Below are positions 10,347 to 21,788 of a stretch of 29,786 nucleotides of DNA, in pieces (the stretch's first letter is position 1; each line of letters opens with the position of its first letter). Where the stretch lies: contig NW_021832897.1 in the NCBI RefSeq assembly GCF_006345805.1, positions 1 to 29,786 of the forward strand, written 5' to 3'. Both the position numbers and the translations under genes were made by a program. The DNA comes from Octopus sinensis. Lineage: Eukaryota. Under the pieces are notes generated by a model, which worked only from the letters and a program-made list of their open reading frames with translations, was not told where the DNA came from and did not search any database.

Positions 10347-10756
10347 AAGGAGACGAGCTGGCAGAATCGTTAGCCCACCGGGCGAAATGCTTAGCAGTAT
10401 TTCGTCTGCCGCTACGTTCTGAGTTCAAATGCCGCCGAGGTCGACTTCACCTTTCATCCTTTCGGAGTCGATAAATTAAGTACCAGTTGCGTACTGGGGT
10501 CGATCTAATCGACTGGCCCCCTCCCCCAAAATTTCCGGCCTTGTGCCTTGAGTAGAAAAGAATCGATAGCACGCCGGGCGAAATGCTTAGCAGCATTTCA
10601 CCCGTCTTTATGTTCTGAGTTCAAATTCCGCTGAGGTTGACTTTGCCTTTCATTCTTTCAGGGTCGATAAATTAAGTACCAGTGAAACATTGGAGTCGAT
10701 GTAATCGACTAGTCCCCTTCCCCAGATTTGCAGGTCTTATGCCTTTAATAGAAAGG
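10347..10756 (+). mobile_element. SINE-B dimer with one degenerate 19-bp TSD
   Basis: ATTATTAAAACTCCTTAAT (10328-10346) versus ATTATTAAAGCTCTTTTAT (10757-10775), 16/19 identical. Internal junction at ~10560. Confidence 0.88.
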
Positions 10757-11292
10757 ATTATTAAAGCTCTTTTATGTTTTACGTTCAAATCCCATCCTAG
10801 TTGTCTTTGAATGTGACAGTATCAAGAAAATAAAGTACTGCACGGCTAATGTGGGCTGAACCAATCCTCTCAAACTTCGTAGACTTTGTGTCTATATTAA
10901 AAATATTATACAATACGGGAAATAAACGAAAGAGTAAGCGTGTGTAATAGTTTTAATGTATTCCGACATCGCATATAATAACGTGAAAATAAATGACCTT
11001 GTGATATTGTATTAATAGAAGCGGATCAAAACGATCTCTTTGCAGTCAAAACCGAAAGTTTCAACCAGAAAGCACGCTTGCTAAATGAGTTTAACTTAAT
11101 TAAATTAGCAATTCGTATGCTTTAAAGAGATTAAATATCGTAAGAAAGTTTTTAGATCTTTTAAACACTACAACAATCCTGATAATTCGATACTGTGACA
11201 TCACTAATGAAATAACAAAGCTCGCCCGGGTTTGAGTAGTTTGAGTTTCTACATTATTTCAGATGACATCACGGGTTTTGCCTTATCGCTGA

Positions 11293-11305
11293 TCTATCTA
11301 TCTAC

Positions 11306-11402
<97 letters not shown>

Positions 11403-11409
11403 GATCTAT

Positions 11410-11469
<60 letters not shown>

Positions 11470-11494
11470 TTATCTATTTATCTATCTATCTATC
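11293..11494. repeat. (TATC)n / GATA microsatellite
   Basis: Direct reading. (CT)n at ~11597-11628 and (CTA)n at ~11750-11811 follow. Confidence 0.95.
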
Positions 11495-11591
11495 AATTTA
11501 TCGAGTTATCTTCCCAAAGCTAATTATCAAGCTCACTATCTTTTTTACTATCTACATTGTCTACTTCTCTCTCACCTTCTTCCTTCTCTCT

Positions 11592-11631
<40 letters not shown>

Positions 11632-11766
11632 CATACACACATACACACATGAATGTAAGTATGCATGTGTATATGTCTATGCACGTATATCAAGTACGTA
11701 AATACATCAAGCTATTAACTTTCCTGCAATCGAATTCTATATCTACCTATACTACTGCTACTACTG

Positions 11767-11811
<45 letters not shown>

Positions 11812-12250
11812 AGTACATACACATGTGCTTTCTCTTATCTCAGTCACATTTAACAGACATAAAAACATTTTCTTCACATTTCGATTCCGTTCTGGTCGTT
11901 TGCCATGTTTTGAAACGATTGTACAAAAACCAACATTTACCGTGTTCCAGCCAGTAATTAACGAGGATCAGTAATTAACGTAGCAGCCCAAATCCCTTGA
12001 ATCCCCTAAATGACACCCTACCAGCTAGAATAAAAGAACACGTGGGAAAATATAGTCCTAGATGCACTATATCTGAAAAAAGACAAAATGGAACAACATT
12101 AACAAGAAACACTACTACTACTACTACTATTCTACTACTACTACTGCTGCTGCTGCTGCTACCACTTCTACCTGGCACCTGTCATAGCTGGGTGGTAGAT
12201 TTAATCCATCATCCCGGTTAACACCACTTAACGTTTATATAATTGAGCGG

Positions 12251-12470
12251 TTCGTTACCAACCCGGCTGAAACCAGCTCTGGCTCTGAGTACAAATGTCT
12301 TATTTTCATGAGTTTTGTACTAAAATCTTCCACCAAACCTTAGTCACAATTTATGTTCCTAACACTAGCTGAATGATAACTAAGTTAATTTACTAAATTC
12401 TTTGTTATATTTAAAGTAAATGAAAGAAACACAGAGCATCCCAAAATAAATACAGTAACGAAAGGATCAA
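12251..12470. mobile_element. Probable piggyBac-like MITE with a damaged left end
   Basis: Residual TIR TTCGTTAC (12251-12258) / GTAACGAA. The right end GTAACGAAAGGATCAA resembles ...AAAGGG|TTAA. Confidence 0.5.
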
Positions 12471-13450
12471 ATGCCGTTAGCGATGTCCACTCTTACAAAC
12501 ATTCGAATCGGGTCGCTAGTTTGCGGATAACTTTACTCTCTTTCTCTCTCACCAGTCTTGAAGGCCCTGTAAAATTCTCATGGGTGTCGCCCTTTTCTCA
12601 TTTTGTCTACGCCCTGAAAATAATAGGGGTTTGAACGAGAGATCTGATGCTTGCGAAGTAAACCTCTTAAACCGTTCACCTACGTCTTTCTCCTCTCTTA
12701 CCGCCAAAATGCTTATACCACGTGTTCAAACAGCCTGGTATTTACAAAAGTCAAGTTTGACTTGCAAAATTATTTCAACAAGCTACGTCAACGCGTCAAA
12801 CATGTTGGCAGACAGGTATTTTCTGAATTCATACCTGATTAATCACCAATTACATACCTGCCTATTGATCTTTCCTGTCCTTACTCGCGACTCTACATAT
12901 TCACAATTCTAATGTTCCGATTGACCTCTTAGAAACTGCGTCAGCGACTTTCTTAAAACTAGTAGTATACGCATTTTCAATGAAATGTCAAAAATATCCC
13001 ATCTTATGATCCAAATATAGATTTTTTCTTGATTCTTTTTCTTTTTTTAAATGTCGAACATTTCAAAAGTGAACTAGAAAACGTAGAGTTCACCTTTTTC
13101 TTCAGATGTAAATGTTAAACTCGATTATTTTACATTATTTGTTCGGTGTAATTTTCTTTCGTGGCGCTGAAGTGAGAAAATGTTGATCAAGTCTTTAGTA
13201 AAAACTGATCAAACGTCAAGTTATACAACTTATATTTCTTTTATGACAATTTACGACAATGACACAGCAACAAATTAGGCCATAAACCGTAAGTTCAATA
13301 AAACTCTTGCTAAACACACAGGTCATAAACAAACGTTAAGTTCAATAATTACAACTTTAAAATTCGAGGTCAATTTCTATTTGCTGTTTTGAATAGGCTG
13401 ATGGCTAGTGGTGATAGCATGTTGCAGATCGCCGTTAATATTCTGTGTAG

Positions 13451-14252
13451 AGAAAGGCGGCGAGCTGGCAGAATCGTTAGCATGCCGGGCGAAATGCTTC
13501 GCAGTATTTCGTCTGCCACTACGTTCTGAGTTCAAATTCCGCTGAGGTCGACTTTGCCTTTCATCCTTTCGGAGTCGATTAAATAAGTACCAGTTACGCA
13601 CTGGCGTCGATACAATCGACTTAATCCGTTTGACTATCCTTGTTTGTCCTCTCTGTGTTTAACCCCTTGTGGGTAGTAAAGAAATATGTATTTCGTCTGC
13701 CGCTACGTTCTGAGTTCAAATTCCGCTGCTGTCGACTTTGCCTTTCATCCTTTCGAGGTCGATAAATTAAGTACCAGATGAATACTGAGATCGATGTAAT
13801 CGACTTAATCCCTTTGGCTGTCCTTGTTTGTACCCTCTGTGTTTAGCCCCTTGTGGGTAGTAAAGAAATAGGTATTTCGTCTGCCGCTACGTTCTGAGTT
13901 CAAATTCCGCCGAGATTGACTTTGCCTTTCATCCTTTCGGGGTCGATAAATTAAGTACCAGTTTTGCAGTGAAGTCGATGTAATCGACTTAATCCGTTTG
14001 TCTGTCCTTGTTTGTCCTCTCTATGTTTAGCCCTTTGTGTTGTGGGCAATAAAGAAATATGAAACGTAAGCATGCCGGGCAAAATGCTTGGCGGCATCTC
14101 GTCAATCCCTATATTCTGAGTTCAAATTCTGCCGTGGTCGAATTTACTTTTTATCCTTTCAGAATAAAATAGTACCATTTGAGCGCTGGAGTCAATGCAA
14201 TCGAATTACTCCCTCCCCTGAAATTGCTGGCATTGTGTCAAAATATGAAACC
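13451..14252 (+). mobile_element. SINE-B tandem array (4 units) with one 14-bp TSD
   Basis: AATATTCTGT(G/A)TAG at 13437-13450 and 14253-14266. Three B2 units precede a much more diverged terminal unit at 14061-14252. Confidence 0.92.
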
Positions 14253-14609
14253 AATATTCTGTATAGCCTGTTATGACAGTTGTCGCCATTAGTGTAGCGA
14301 TGTGGCGGTGTGATGGTGTATAACAGTGTGGGTGTGGCGTATGGTTGGGTTTGTGCGGTGCATGGTAGTGTCGCTGAGATGTATAGGTGTTAGCGTAGTG
14401 TATGCAGCTGTAAGTATGACGCAGAGTAATATTAATTTGATATATGACATAGTAGGGGGCATGGTACCTTTGATGTGGTGTATGATAGTGTTGGCGTGGT
14501 GAGCGTAAACCCTTTAACATCGTGTTAATTTAGAAATAATTTAAAGATATAGTTGGGAACGAAAAGAGAAGCATTAAATATAATATCTTGCAAGATCTAA
14601 ATAGTGATG

Positions 14610-14860
14610 TTAACATCCTTTAATCTTCCACACCAAAGATCTGCGCTTGGAAAGTCTTGCTTCTTTCTTGTTGGCAGACCAGCATCAGTTGTGGCTATAG
14701 AGACCCATGTCTGAGTGACAGCCACGACTGCAGTGACTACGCTTGGAAGAGTTCTCTGCCAGCTTTCTTCTGTTGCTGTTTATCAGCCGATTTTTTATTT
14801 TTCATCGGCGAGCATCAGCCCCGCCTCTCAACTTCCTAAACCCTTGCCTAATTCCAATAA
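14610..14860 (-). mobile_element. Degenerate RTE-clade LINE 3' end
   Basis: The minus strand at 14732-14682 reads CSRGCHSDMGLYSHN*C, matching the RTE C-terminal C..C.S.+GL.SH motif, followed by a short 3' UTR. Confidence 0.7.
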
Positions 14861-14899
14861 TGTTATGTATAAAGGCCATATATTCAAATGACTGGTTTT

Positions 14900-16410
14900 C
14901 AAAGAGCCAAAATAGCTTTATAACTTGTCATGTTTAATAATTATGACCATGCAAATATTAATCGATGTCGACTGAATTTTAGATATTTATTCAGCACATC
15001 TGCAGCTGCACACTTCAAGTTTGCATTTTTTTATACTTGTAAAGTGAATGCTTTTTTTCTGTAGCATTTTATATCAAGACTGCAGACATTCTTTGCAGAA
15101 GTAATCCAAACTAGAATAAACTTGTTGTTTCTTGTCTTTCTCAATCCATTCTTGAATGCAGAGGACGCATATATGGATCATGGACTCATACCCATCATGG
15201 AATCATTAGCTGTTATCCAACTGCTAGCTTGAAATACGCTCCTTTTGATATTTCTTTACAAGTCATCGCTTTTCGGGAATATTCTTTCCATATATGATAG
15301 AACAACTTCATTCGCAGCATATCAATATTGACATCATAATGCAAATTTCAGATCTCAGACAAAACCTCAGACAGACCTCAGACAAACCCCAGACAGACCT
15401 CAGACAAACCTCAGACAGACCTCAGACAAAACCTCAGACAGACCTCAGACAAAACCTTAGACAGACCTCAGACAAACCTCAGACAGACCTCAGACTAAAC
15501 CTCAAACAAACATCAGACAAACCTCAGACAGACCTCAGACAAACCTCAGACAGACCTCAGACAATCCTGAGACAGACCTCAGACAAAACTTCAGACAGGC
15601 CTCAGACAAACCTCAGACAGACCTCAGACAAAACCTCAGACAGACCTCAGACAAACCTCAGACAGACCTCAGACAAACCACATGACAATTCCGTTTAATT
15701 ATGATTAAATATAATATCTAGTGATGGCGGCATTTGTTAATTCTTTGATGAGTGGTAGAATATTGTCCTTCGTCTTGATACAGCATCGTTTGTCCCTTAA
15801 ACTTGAAGGCTGATATGTCTGGATCAGTGAAAACATAATGTCTGGATTAGTGGAAGAGAGCCATTGATTTGCAAGATCAATCCTGAATTTGAGGCAATGT
15901 TATCTAAGATCATTTTGGCTGCTTTTTCAGTTTTGAATGAAATTTGATTTCAGTTTTTTAGTTTGTAGTGATGATGTGGTAGAAAATATTCCGATGTATT
16001 GCTTCAACATCAGTATCTCGTACATATACCATCCCAAGAGATGGATATTTGAAGGTATTAAGATTTACCACAAAATGAATAACAACTTCGTCCAGATTAC
16101 ATTGTTCCATTGGAGTACCATTTCTTGAATTGGGTTTCGTATAAGCAACCTCAATTTCTAACATTATCTTTTTCTTTTTGTTTTTCTTTTTGAAAGTCCC
16201 GAAAGCATCTTTTTGTTACCTGCAGTTGCCAAATAATTATCCTAGTTTCCTGAGACCTTGGTTTTACCAGACACATACTATTGTATACTAGTCCTTCGTT
16301 GCTCATTTGTACCACCTTAGAATGTCGATGTATGGCATTGATTCCAAACAATGTCTTGCCGTTCTTTTCAAATCATACCCAAATCCATACGTAAAACCGT
16401 CCATGAAATA
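14900..16410 (-). mobile_element. Highly decayed L1/Tx1-like ORF2 C-terminal remnant, split by a minisatellite
   Basis: Scattered minus-strand peptides W*NQGLRKLG*LF, FRDFQKE, AYFKLAVG, ITANDSMMGMS and CVLC...ETTSLF occur in the order expected for the L1/Tx1 zf-RVT region. Many stops and frameshifts. Confidence 0.35.
15348..15679. repeat. 11-12-bp minisatellite (CCTCAGACAGA / CCTCAGACAAA[A]), ~30 units
   Basis: Direct reading. The two variants largely alternate. Confidence 0.95.
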
Positions 16411-16420
16411 TTCATCACGT

Positions 16421-16488
<68 letters not shown>

Positions 16489-16612
16489 GGTGGTGGTGGT
16501 GGTGGTGGTGGTGGCGGCAGCAGCAGCAGCAGCGGCAGCAGCGGCAGCAGCGGCAGCAGCGGCAGCAGCGGCAGCAGCGGCAGCAGCGAAAGCAGCAGCG
16601 AAAGCAGCAGCG

Positions 16613-16693
<81 letters not shown>
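16421..16693. repeat. Compound trinucleotide repeat (GTA)n(GTG)n(GCA/GCG)n(GTA)n
   Basis: Direct reading. Confidence 0.95.
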
Positions 16694-16953
16694 AACGAGT
16701 CAGTAAGTGACCGCTTGAATAGCAAATACTTCTCTTCCAAATGGGGTACGAACAAACCGAAAGAATAAATGTAGTATGGGATGTAGTCCGAAAAACTGAC
16801 GCGTCACAGCAGGACCAAAAGTTTGCTCCAGCAGAGCTGACCTGGGCCTAAAGAACAGCAGCTACTACTACTACTACTACTACTACTATTAATGATGAAG
16901 ATTTATTTTCAATCTTAATGTACTTCTGGGTCTACAGCATAATGTTATATTAT

Positions 16954-18807
16954 TTTCTACTATAAGCACAAGGTCCAAAATTTTGGGGGTGGAGGCCACT
17001 CGATAATATCGATCCCAGTATGCAAATGGTATTTAATTAAATCAACCCCGAAAAGATGAAAGGCAAAGTCGACCTCGGCGGCATTTGAACTCAGAAGGTA
17101 AAGACAGACAAAATACCAATTTCTTTACTTCCTACAAGGGGCTAAACATAGAGAGGACAAACAAGGACAGACAAACGGATTAAGTCGATTATATCGACCC
17201 CAGTGCGTAAATGGTACTTAATTTATCGGTTAAACATTTTCGGTATGCAAATTAGTGACTCCCTGCATAGAAAAACTGCTGCATTTGTTGAGTATATATA
17301 GAGTTTATTGAGCGGTTATAAATTTTCGGTATGCAAATTAGGGACTCCCGCATAGAATAAATGCTGCCTTTGTTGAGTATCTATAGAGTTTATAGACGGA
17401 TTAAAAAATGTTGTTATGCAAATTAGGGACTCCTTCATAGAATAACTGCTGCGTTTGTTGAGTATATATAGATTTTATAGAGGGGTTAAACATTTTCGGT
17501 ATGCAAATTAGAGACTCCATCGTAGAATCACTGCTGCATTTGTTGAGTATATATAGAGTTTATAGAGGGGTTAAACATTTTTCGCATGCAAATTAGGGAC
17601 TCATTCATAGAATAACTGCTGCATTTGTTGAGTTTATAGAGGGGTTAAAAATGTTGGTATGCAAATTAGGGACTCCTTCCTAGAAAAACTGCTGTATTTG
17701 TTGAGTATATATCGAGTTAATAGAGCGGTTACACATTTTCTGTATGCAAATTAGTGACTCCCTGCATAGAATAAACGCTGTATTTGTTGAGTATATACAG
17801 AGTTTATAGAGCGTTTAAACATTTTTGGTATTCAAATTATGGACTCCTTCATAGAATAACTGCTGCATTTGTTGAGTATTTAAACAGTTTATAAAGTGTT
17901 AAACATTTTCAGTACGCATCCCGAAAGGATAAAAGCCAAAGTCGACCTCGGCGGAATTTGAACTCTGAACGTGACGGCAGACGAAATACCGCTAAGCATT
18001 TCGCCCGGCGTGCTAACGTTTCTTATTTCTTTGTTGCCCACAAGGGGTTAAATATAGGGGGGACAAACAAGAACAGACAAAGGGATTAAGTCGATTATAT
18101 CGACCCCAGTGCTTAACTGGTACTTAATTTATCGACCCCGAAATGATAAAAGGCAATGTCGACCTCAGCGGAATTTGAACTCAGGACGTAAAAACAGACG
18201 AAATACCTATTTCTTTACTACCCACAAAGGGCTTGACACAGAGAAGACAAACAAGGACAGACAAACGGATTAAGTTGATTATATCGACCCCAGTGCGTAA
18301 CTGGTACTTATTTAATCGACCTTGAAAGGATGAAAGGCAAAGTCGACCTCGGCGGAATTTGAACTCAAAACGTAAAAACAGACGAAATACCTATTTCTTT
18401 ATTACCCACAAGGGACTAAAGACAGAGGGACAAACAAGGACTAACAAACGGATTAAGTTGATTATATCGATCCTTGTGCATAACTGGTACTTATTTAATC
18501 GACCCCGAAAGGATGAAAGGCAAAGTCGACCTCGGCGGAATTTGAACTCAGAACGTAAAAACAGACGAAATACCTATTTCTTTATTACCCACAAGGGACT
18601 AAAGGCAGGGGGGACAAACAAGGACTGACAAACGGATTAAGTCGATTATATCGACCCTTGTGCATAACTAGTACTTATTTAATCGACCCTGAAAGGATGA
18701 AAGGCAAAGTCGACCTCGGCGGAATTTGAACTCAGAACGTAGCGGCAGACGAAATACCGCTAACCATTTCGCCCGGCGTGCTAACGTTTCTGCCAGCTCG
18801 CCGCCTT
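16954..18807 (-). mobile_element. SINE-B tandem array (6 units) with one 18-bp TSD, containing a satellite insertion
   Basis: AGCAT(A/G)ATGTTATATTAT at 16936-16953 and 18808-18825. Junctions at ~17117, 18023, 18207, 18391 and 18574. Confidence 0.92.
17229..17917. repeat. ~85-bp tandem repeat (8 units plus a partial ninth), each full unit with an octamer motif
   Basis: ATGCAAAT at 17245, 17331, 17416, 17501, 17586, 17659 and 17744, and ATTCAAAT at 17830. Periods are 86, 85, 85, 85, 73, 85 and 86. Confidence 0.95.
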
Positions 18808-19179
18808 AGCATGATGTTATATTATCGCGTGATCTCGTTTAATACGTAAGTTTGTATCCACGTGTGATTTCAGACATACTTTAATAGGTAGTTTTATTTC
18901 TCTCTTTGTTACATTTATACGTAGTTTGTGTTCTTGTGTGATCTCGTTATACCGTTGGAACGGAGTTTATGTTCACGTGTAATCTCGTTAATGTATTTTA
19001 TACGGTTTAATTGCAGTCAATTTACAACTGAAGACGTGTACCAGGCTCAGCGATGTGCGGGAGCTCTATCACGCACAGAGCTGGCGCCTGCTCTGTTTAC
19101 ACCACGGAAGTAGAATTTAAAAGATCAATAACACCTCCACTGTTTTTTTTTTCTTGTGCCCTGAAACAGCAGATGTCAT

Positions 19180-19217
<38 letters not shown>

Positions 19218-19619
19218 ACACACACACGCTACACATACATGCGAATACACACACATACTCACACGCAAGTATTCACTCACGCACATACAGAGAAACATAA
19301 ATATATACAAATATAAACAGACGAAATATAAAACGACATATGTAAAAACATACACACATGCATGTACACACGCACACGGACACACGGACACACTCGTACA
19401 CACATTCACACGAATACACAGTCCTCGAGTCGTCACATACGCACCCACTTTATGTATGTGGCACAAATTATCCGTTTAAATAGCCGATCGGCGATGTATA
19501 GGTTTGCGTGCGTATGTGGTGGTGGTGGTGGTGGGGTGTTTTATCTAATAATAGGGACCAGTTTGATTTCGGTCACATATGATGATGATGTGGAGGAGTA
19601 GGAGAAGGTGACAATGATG

Positions 19620-19722
19620 ATGGTGATAATGATTATAGAAATAATGTTAATAATAATAATAATTATTATTATTGATATTATTATTACAGTTGTTATCACC
19701 ATCGTTGTTATTATTATTATTA

Positions 19723-19761
<39 letters not shown>

Positions 19762-19772
19762 CATTATTATTA

Positions 19773-19822
<50 letters not shown>

Positions 19823-19890
19823 TTATTATTATTTTATTATTATCATTATAATTATTATTATTATTTTATTATTATTATTATTATTTTATT

Positions 19891-19941
<51 letters not shown>

Positions 19942-19963
19942 GTTGTTGTTATTATTATTATTA

Positions 19964-19997
<34 letters not shown>

Positions 19998-20004
19998 GAT
20001 ATTA
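19620..20004. repeat. Long (TTA)n microsatellite
   Basis: Direct reading. Confidence 0.95.
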
Positions 20005-20270
20005 TGCAAAGTGAGAGACAAGGTAGAATATGATTATGAGGCTGTTGATGTCTCTATGGCAACTGCCTTTCATGTTTTAATTAGCAGGTTGTTCCTGTAG
20101 CAAGCATCATGGAAGAGATTCTAAAAATGAAATAGAGTGAAGAGGTATCAATAACAACAACAACAACAACAACAACCGCAACAACAACAACACTAGCAGC
20201 AGCAGCATAGTGAGAAGACATTTGCAACAACACTCGACAATGCAGCACAATGCTGGTCGTGTCGGTCTGC

Positions 20271-20450
20271 AAGAAGTAGCAACCAAATTTCCTTTAAATC
20301 TTACCCTACCGTGTTAAAAACGGAAGGGCACATTAGAAAGTGTGATCTTAGATATACAGTGTCTGGAAAAATAACGGCTGGACGTTACTGAAACTATTTT
20401 GACCTTAACTCGGCTGGATTAGAACTGATCTAAGTGTTAATTAACAAAAA
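20271..20450 (+). mobile_element. Old interspersed repeat (probable retroposon 3' end); related pieces at ~8558-8740, ~11981-12110 and ~16760-16870
   Basis: Shared degenerate blocks AGTAGC.C.AA.T.CC.T.AAAT..CACCCTACC, ..TAGTCCTAGAT.CACT.T.TCTGAAAAA and GCTGACCT..G..TAA. Confidence 0.5.
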
Positions 20451-20599
20451 CACTTGTTCCAAAGTTGATGGTCTTAATGTCACAGCACAGGGATTATGGT
20501 GCCGGTACCATCAACAATAATAGTATAGATGTATATACATACATGCATACATACATACATACATACATACATACATACATACATACATACATACATACA

Positions 20600-20629
<30 letters not shown>

Positions 20630-20630
<1 letters not shown>

Positions 20631-20883
20631 TGGGTTGGTGCATAATTATTGCGGCTTTTTTTCAACAAATTTTTTTTCAACAAAAATAACATGTAACAAA
20701 AACATCTTTAAATGATTATTCCGGAGCATATTCACCATCTACTTCAATTACTGCTTCCTATTTGCTTGGCAGACAGTCAGACCGTCAATTTAAAGATGCT
20801 TTTGTTAAATATTGTTATTGTTTTTGTTGAATAAACATTTGTTGGGGGAGAAAAAAAGCCGCAATAATTATACACCAAACCAA
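20630..20883 (-). mobile_element. Internally deleted mariner element (MITE-like)
   Basis: TIRs TTGGGTTGGTGCATAATTATTGCGGCTTTTT / AAAAAGCCGCAATAATTATACACCAAACCAA with a TA TSD at 20628-29 and 20884-85. The minus strand at 20772-20716 encodes LPSK*EAVIEVDGEYAPE*, the mariner transposase C-terminus. Confidence 0.9.
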
Positions 20884-20885
20884 TA

Positions 20886-21265
20886 CAAAAAAAAATATTG
20901 GTGGAATTTTAAAATTAAAACAGCCACAAAGTTAAAGCACAACCGGCCAGATATTATTGTTGTGTGGGGCCTTAAGGAAAAGATATGTTCTGTTGTGGAA
21001 ATCAGCTGTCCCCTGGACACGAAAGTAGTTAGAAAAATACTAGAGAATGAGGACATCTTTGAACAATTGATAAGTTTGCAAATCAAGTACCCAAGATACA
21101 TTTTCAGCATCATACTTGGAGCAACAGGATATATACCGACCCGTCTGGAGCAAAGTATGACTGAACTTGGGACCTTGGGTAGAGAATGTAGATCCTTAAT
21201 TCATATGCTACAAATGATCTAGGATTATAAAACTCTGTAAGGTGTTCTTAAAATTTAAAGGATGA
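20886..21265 (+). mobile_element. R4/Dong-type LINE fragment covering the restriction-like endonuclease domain
   Basis: YWWNFKIKTATKLKHNRPDIIVVW...CSVVEISCPLD...KYPRY..IILGATG... then, frameshifted, IIKLCKVFLKFKG*. Contains the RPD...E catalytic motif of PD-(D/E)xK RLE domains. Confidence 0.88.
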
Positions 21266-21349
21266 TAGTTAAAACAAGACCCTTTCCTTCACAACCCTAC
21301 TAGTAAGTAGATGGTCGGTCAAAATTTACTCTCAGTTAAAAGGAGAAAG

Positions 21350-21651
21350 TGGAGGCACATGGCCAAGTGGTTAGAGCAGCGAAGTCGCGGTTGGGGGATC
21401 GCGGGTTTGAATCTCAGACCGGGCGATGTGTGTATGTTCCTGAGCGAAACACCAAAGCTCCACGCGGCTCCCGCAGAAGGTAATGGCGAACTTCTGCTGA
21501 CTCTTTCGCCATATCTTTCTCTCACTCTTTCCTCCTGCATCTTGCAGCTCACCTGCGACGGACCGGCATCCCGTCCAGGTGGGGAACTTATACGCCAAGG
21601 AAACCGGGAAACCGGCACTATGAGCCCGGCATGGTTTGAGAAGGAACAAAC
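21350..21651 (+). mobile_element. SINE family C, full length
   Basis: A box TGGCCAAGTGG, B-box-like GGTTTGAATCT. Perfect 13-bp TSD TAAAAGGAGAAAG at 21337-21349 and 21652-21664. Confidence 0.9.
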
Positions 21652-21788
21652 TAAAAGGAGAAAGAGAAGAACATCCATCCATCCATCCATCTATCCAGCC
21701 AGCCAGCCAACCAGCCAGCTAGCCAGCCAGCCATCCATCCATCCGTCCAGTCAGCCAGCTATGTATGCATGCATGCATACATATATAC

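Noticed and set aside
14206-14520. His/Pro/Tyr-rich minus-strand ORF
   Set aside because: Decayed TGG/GT-rich low-complexity repeat.
15294-15698. 134-aa repetitive ORF (QTSDKPQTDLR)
   Set aside because: Product of the 11/12-bp minisatellite. Unit lengths are not multiples of three.
17229-17917. CRISPR-like array
   Set aside because: Whole units are homologous with no unique spacers, there are no cas genes, and the context is eukaryotic.
18359-18628. Recurrent peptide NWYL.NRPRKDERQSRPRRNLNS in several ORFs
   Set aside because: It is the antisense translation of the SINE-B body, not a protein family.
20812-21222. Stand-alone nuclease gene
   Set aside because: The start lies in a mariner TIR and the C-terminus is frameshifted. 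It is a truncated LINE endonuclease fragment.
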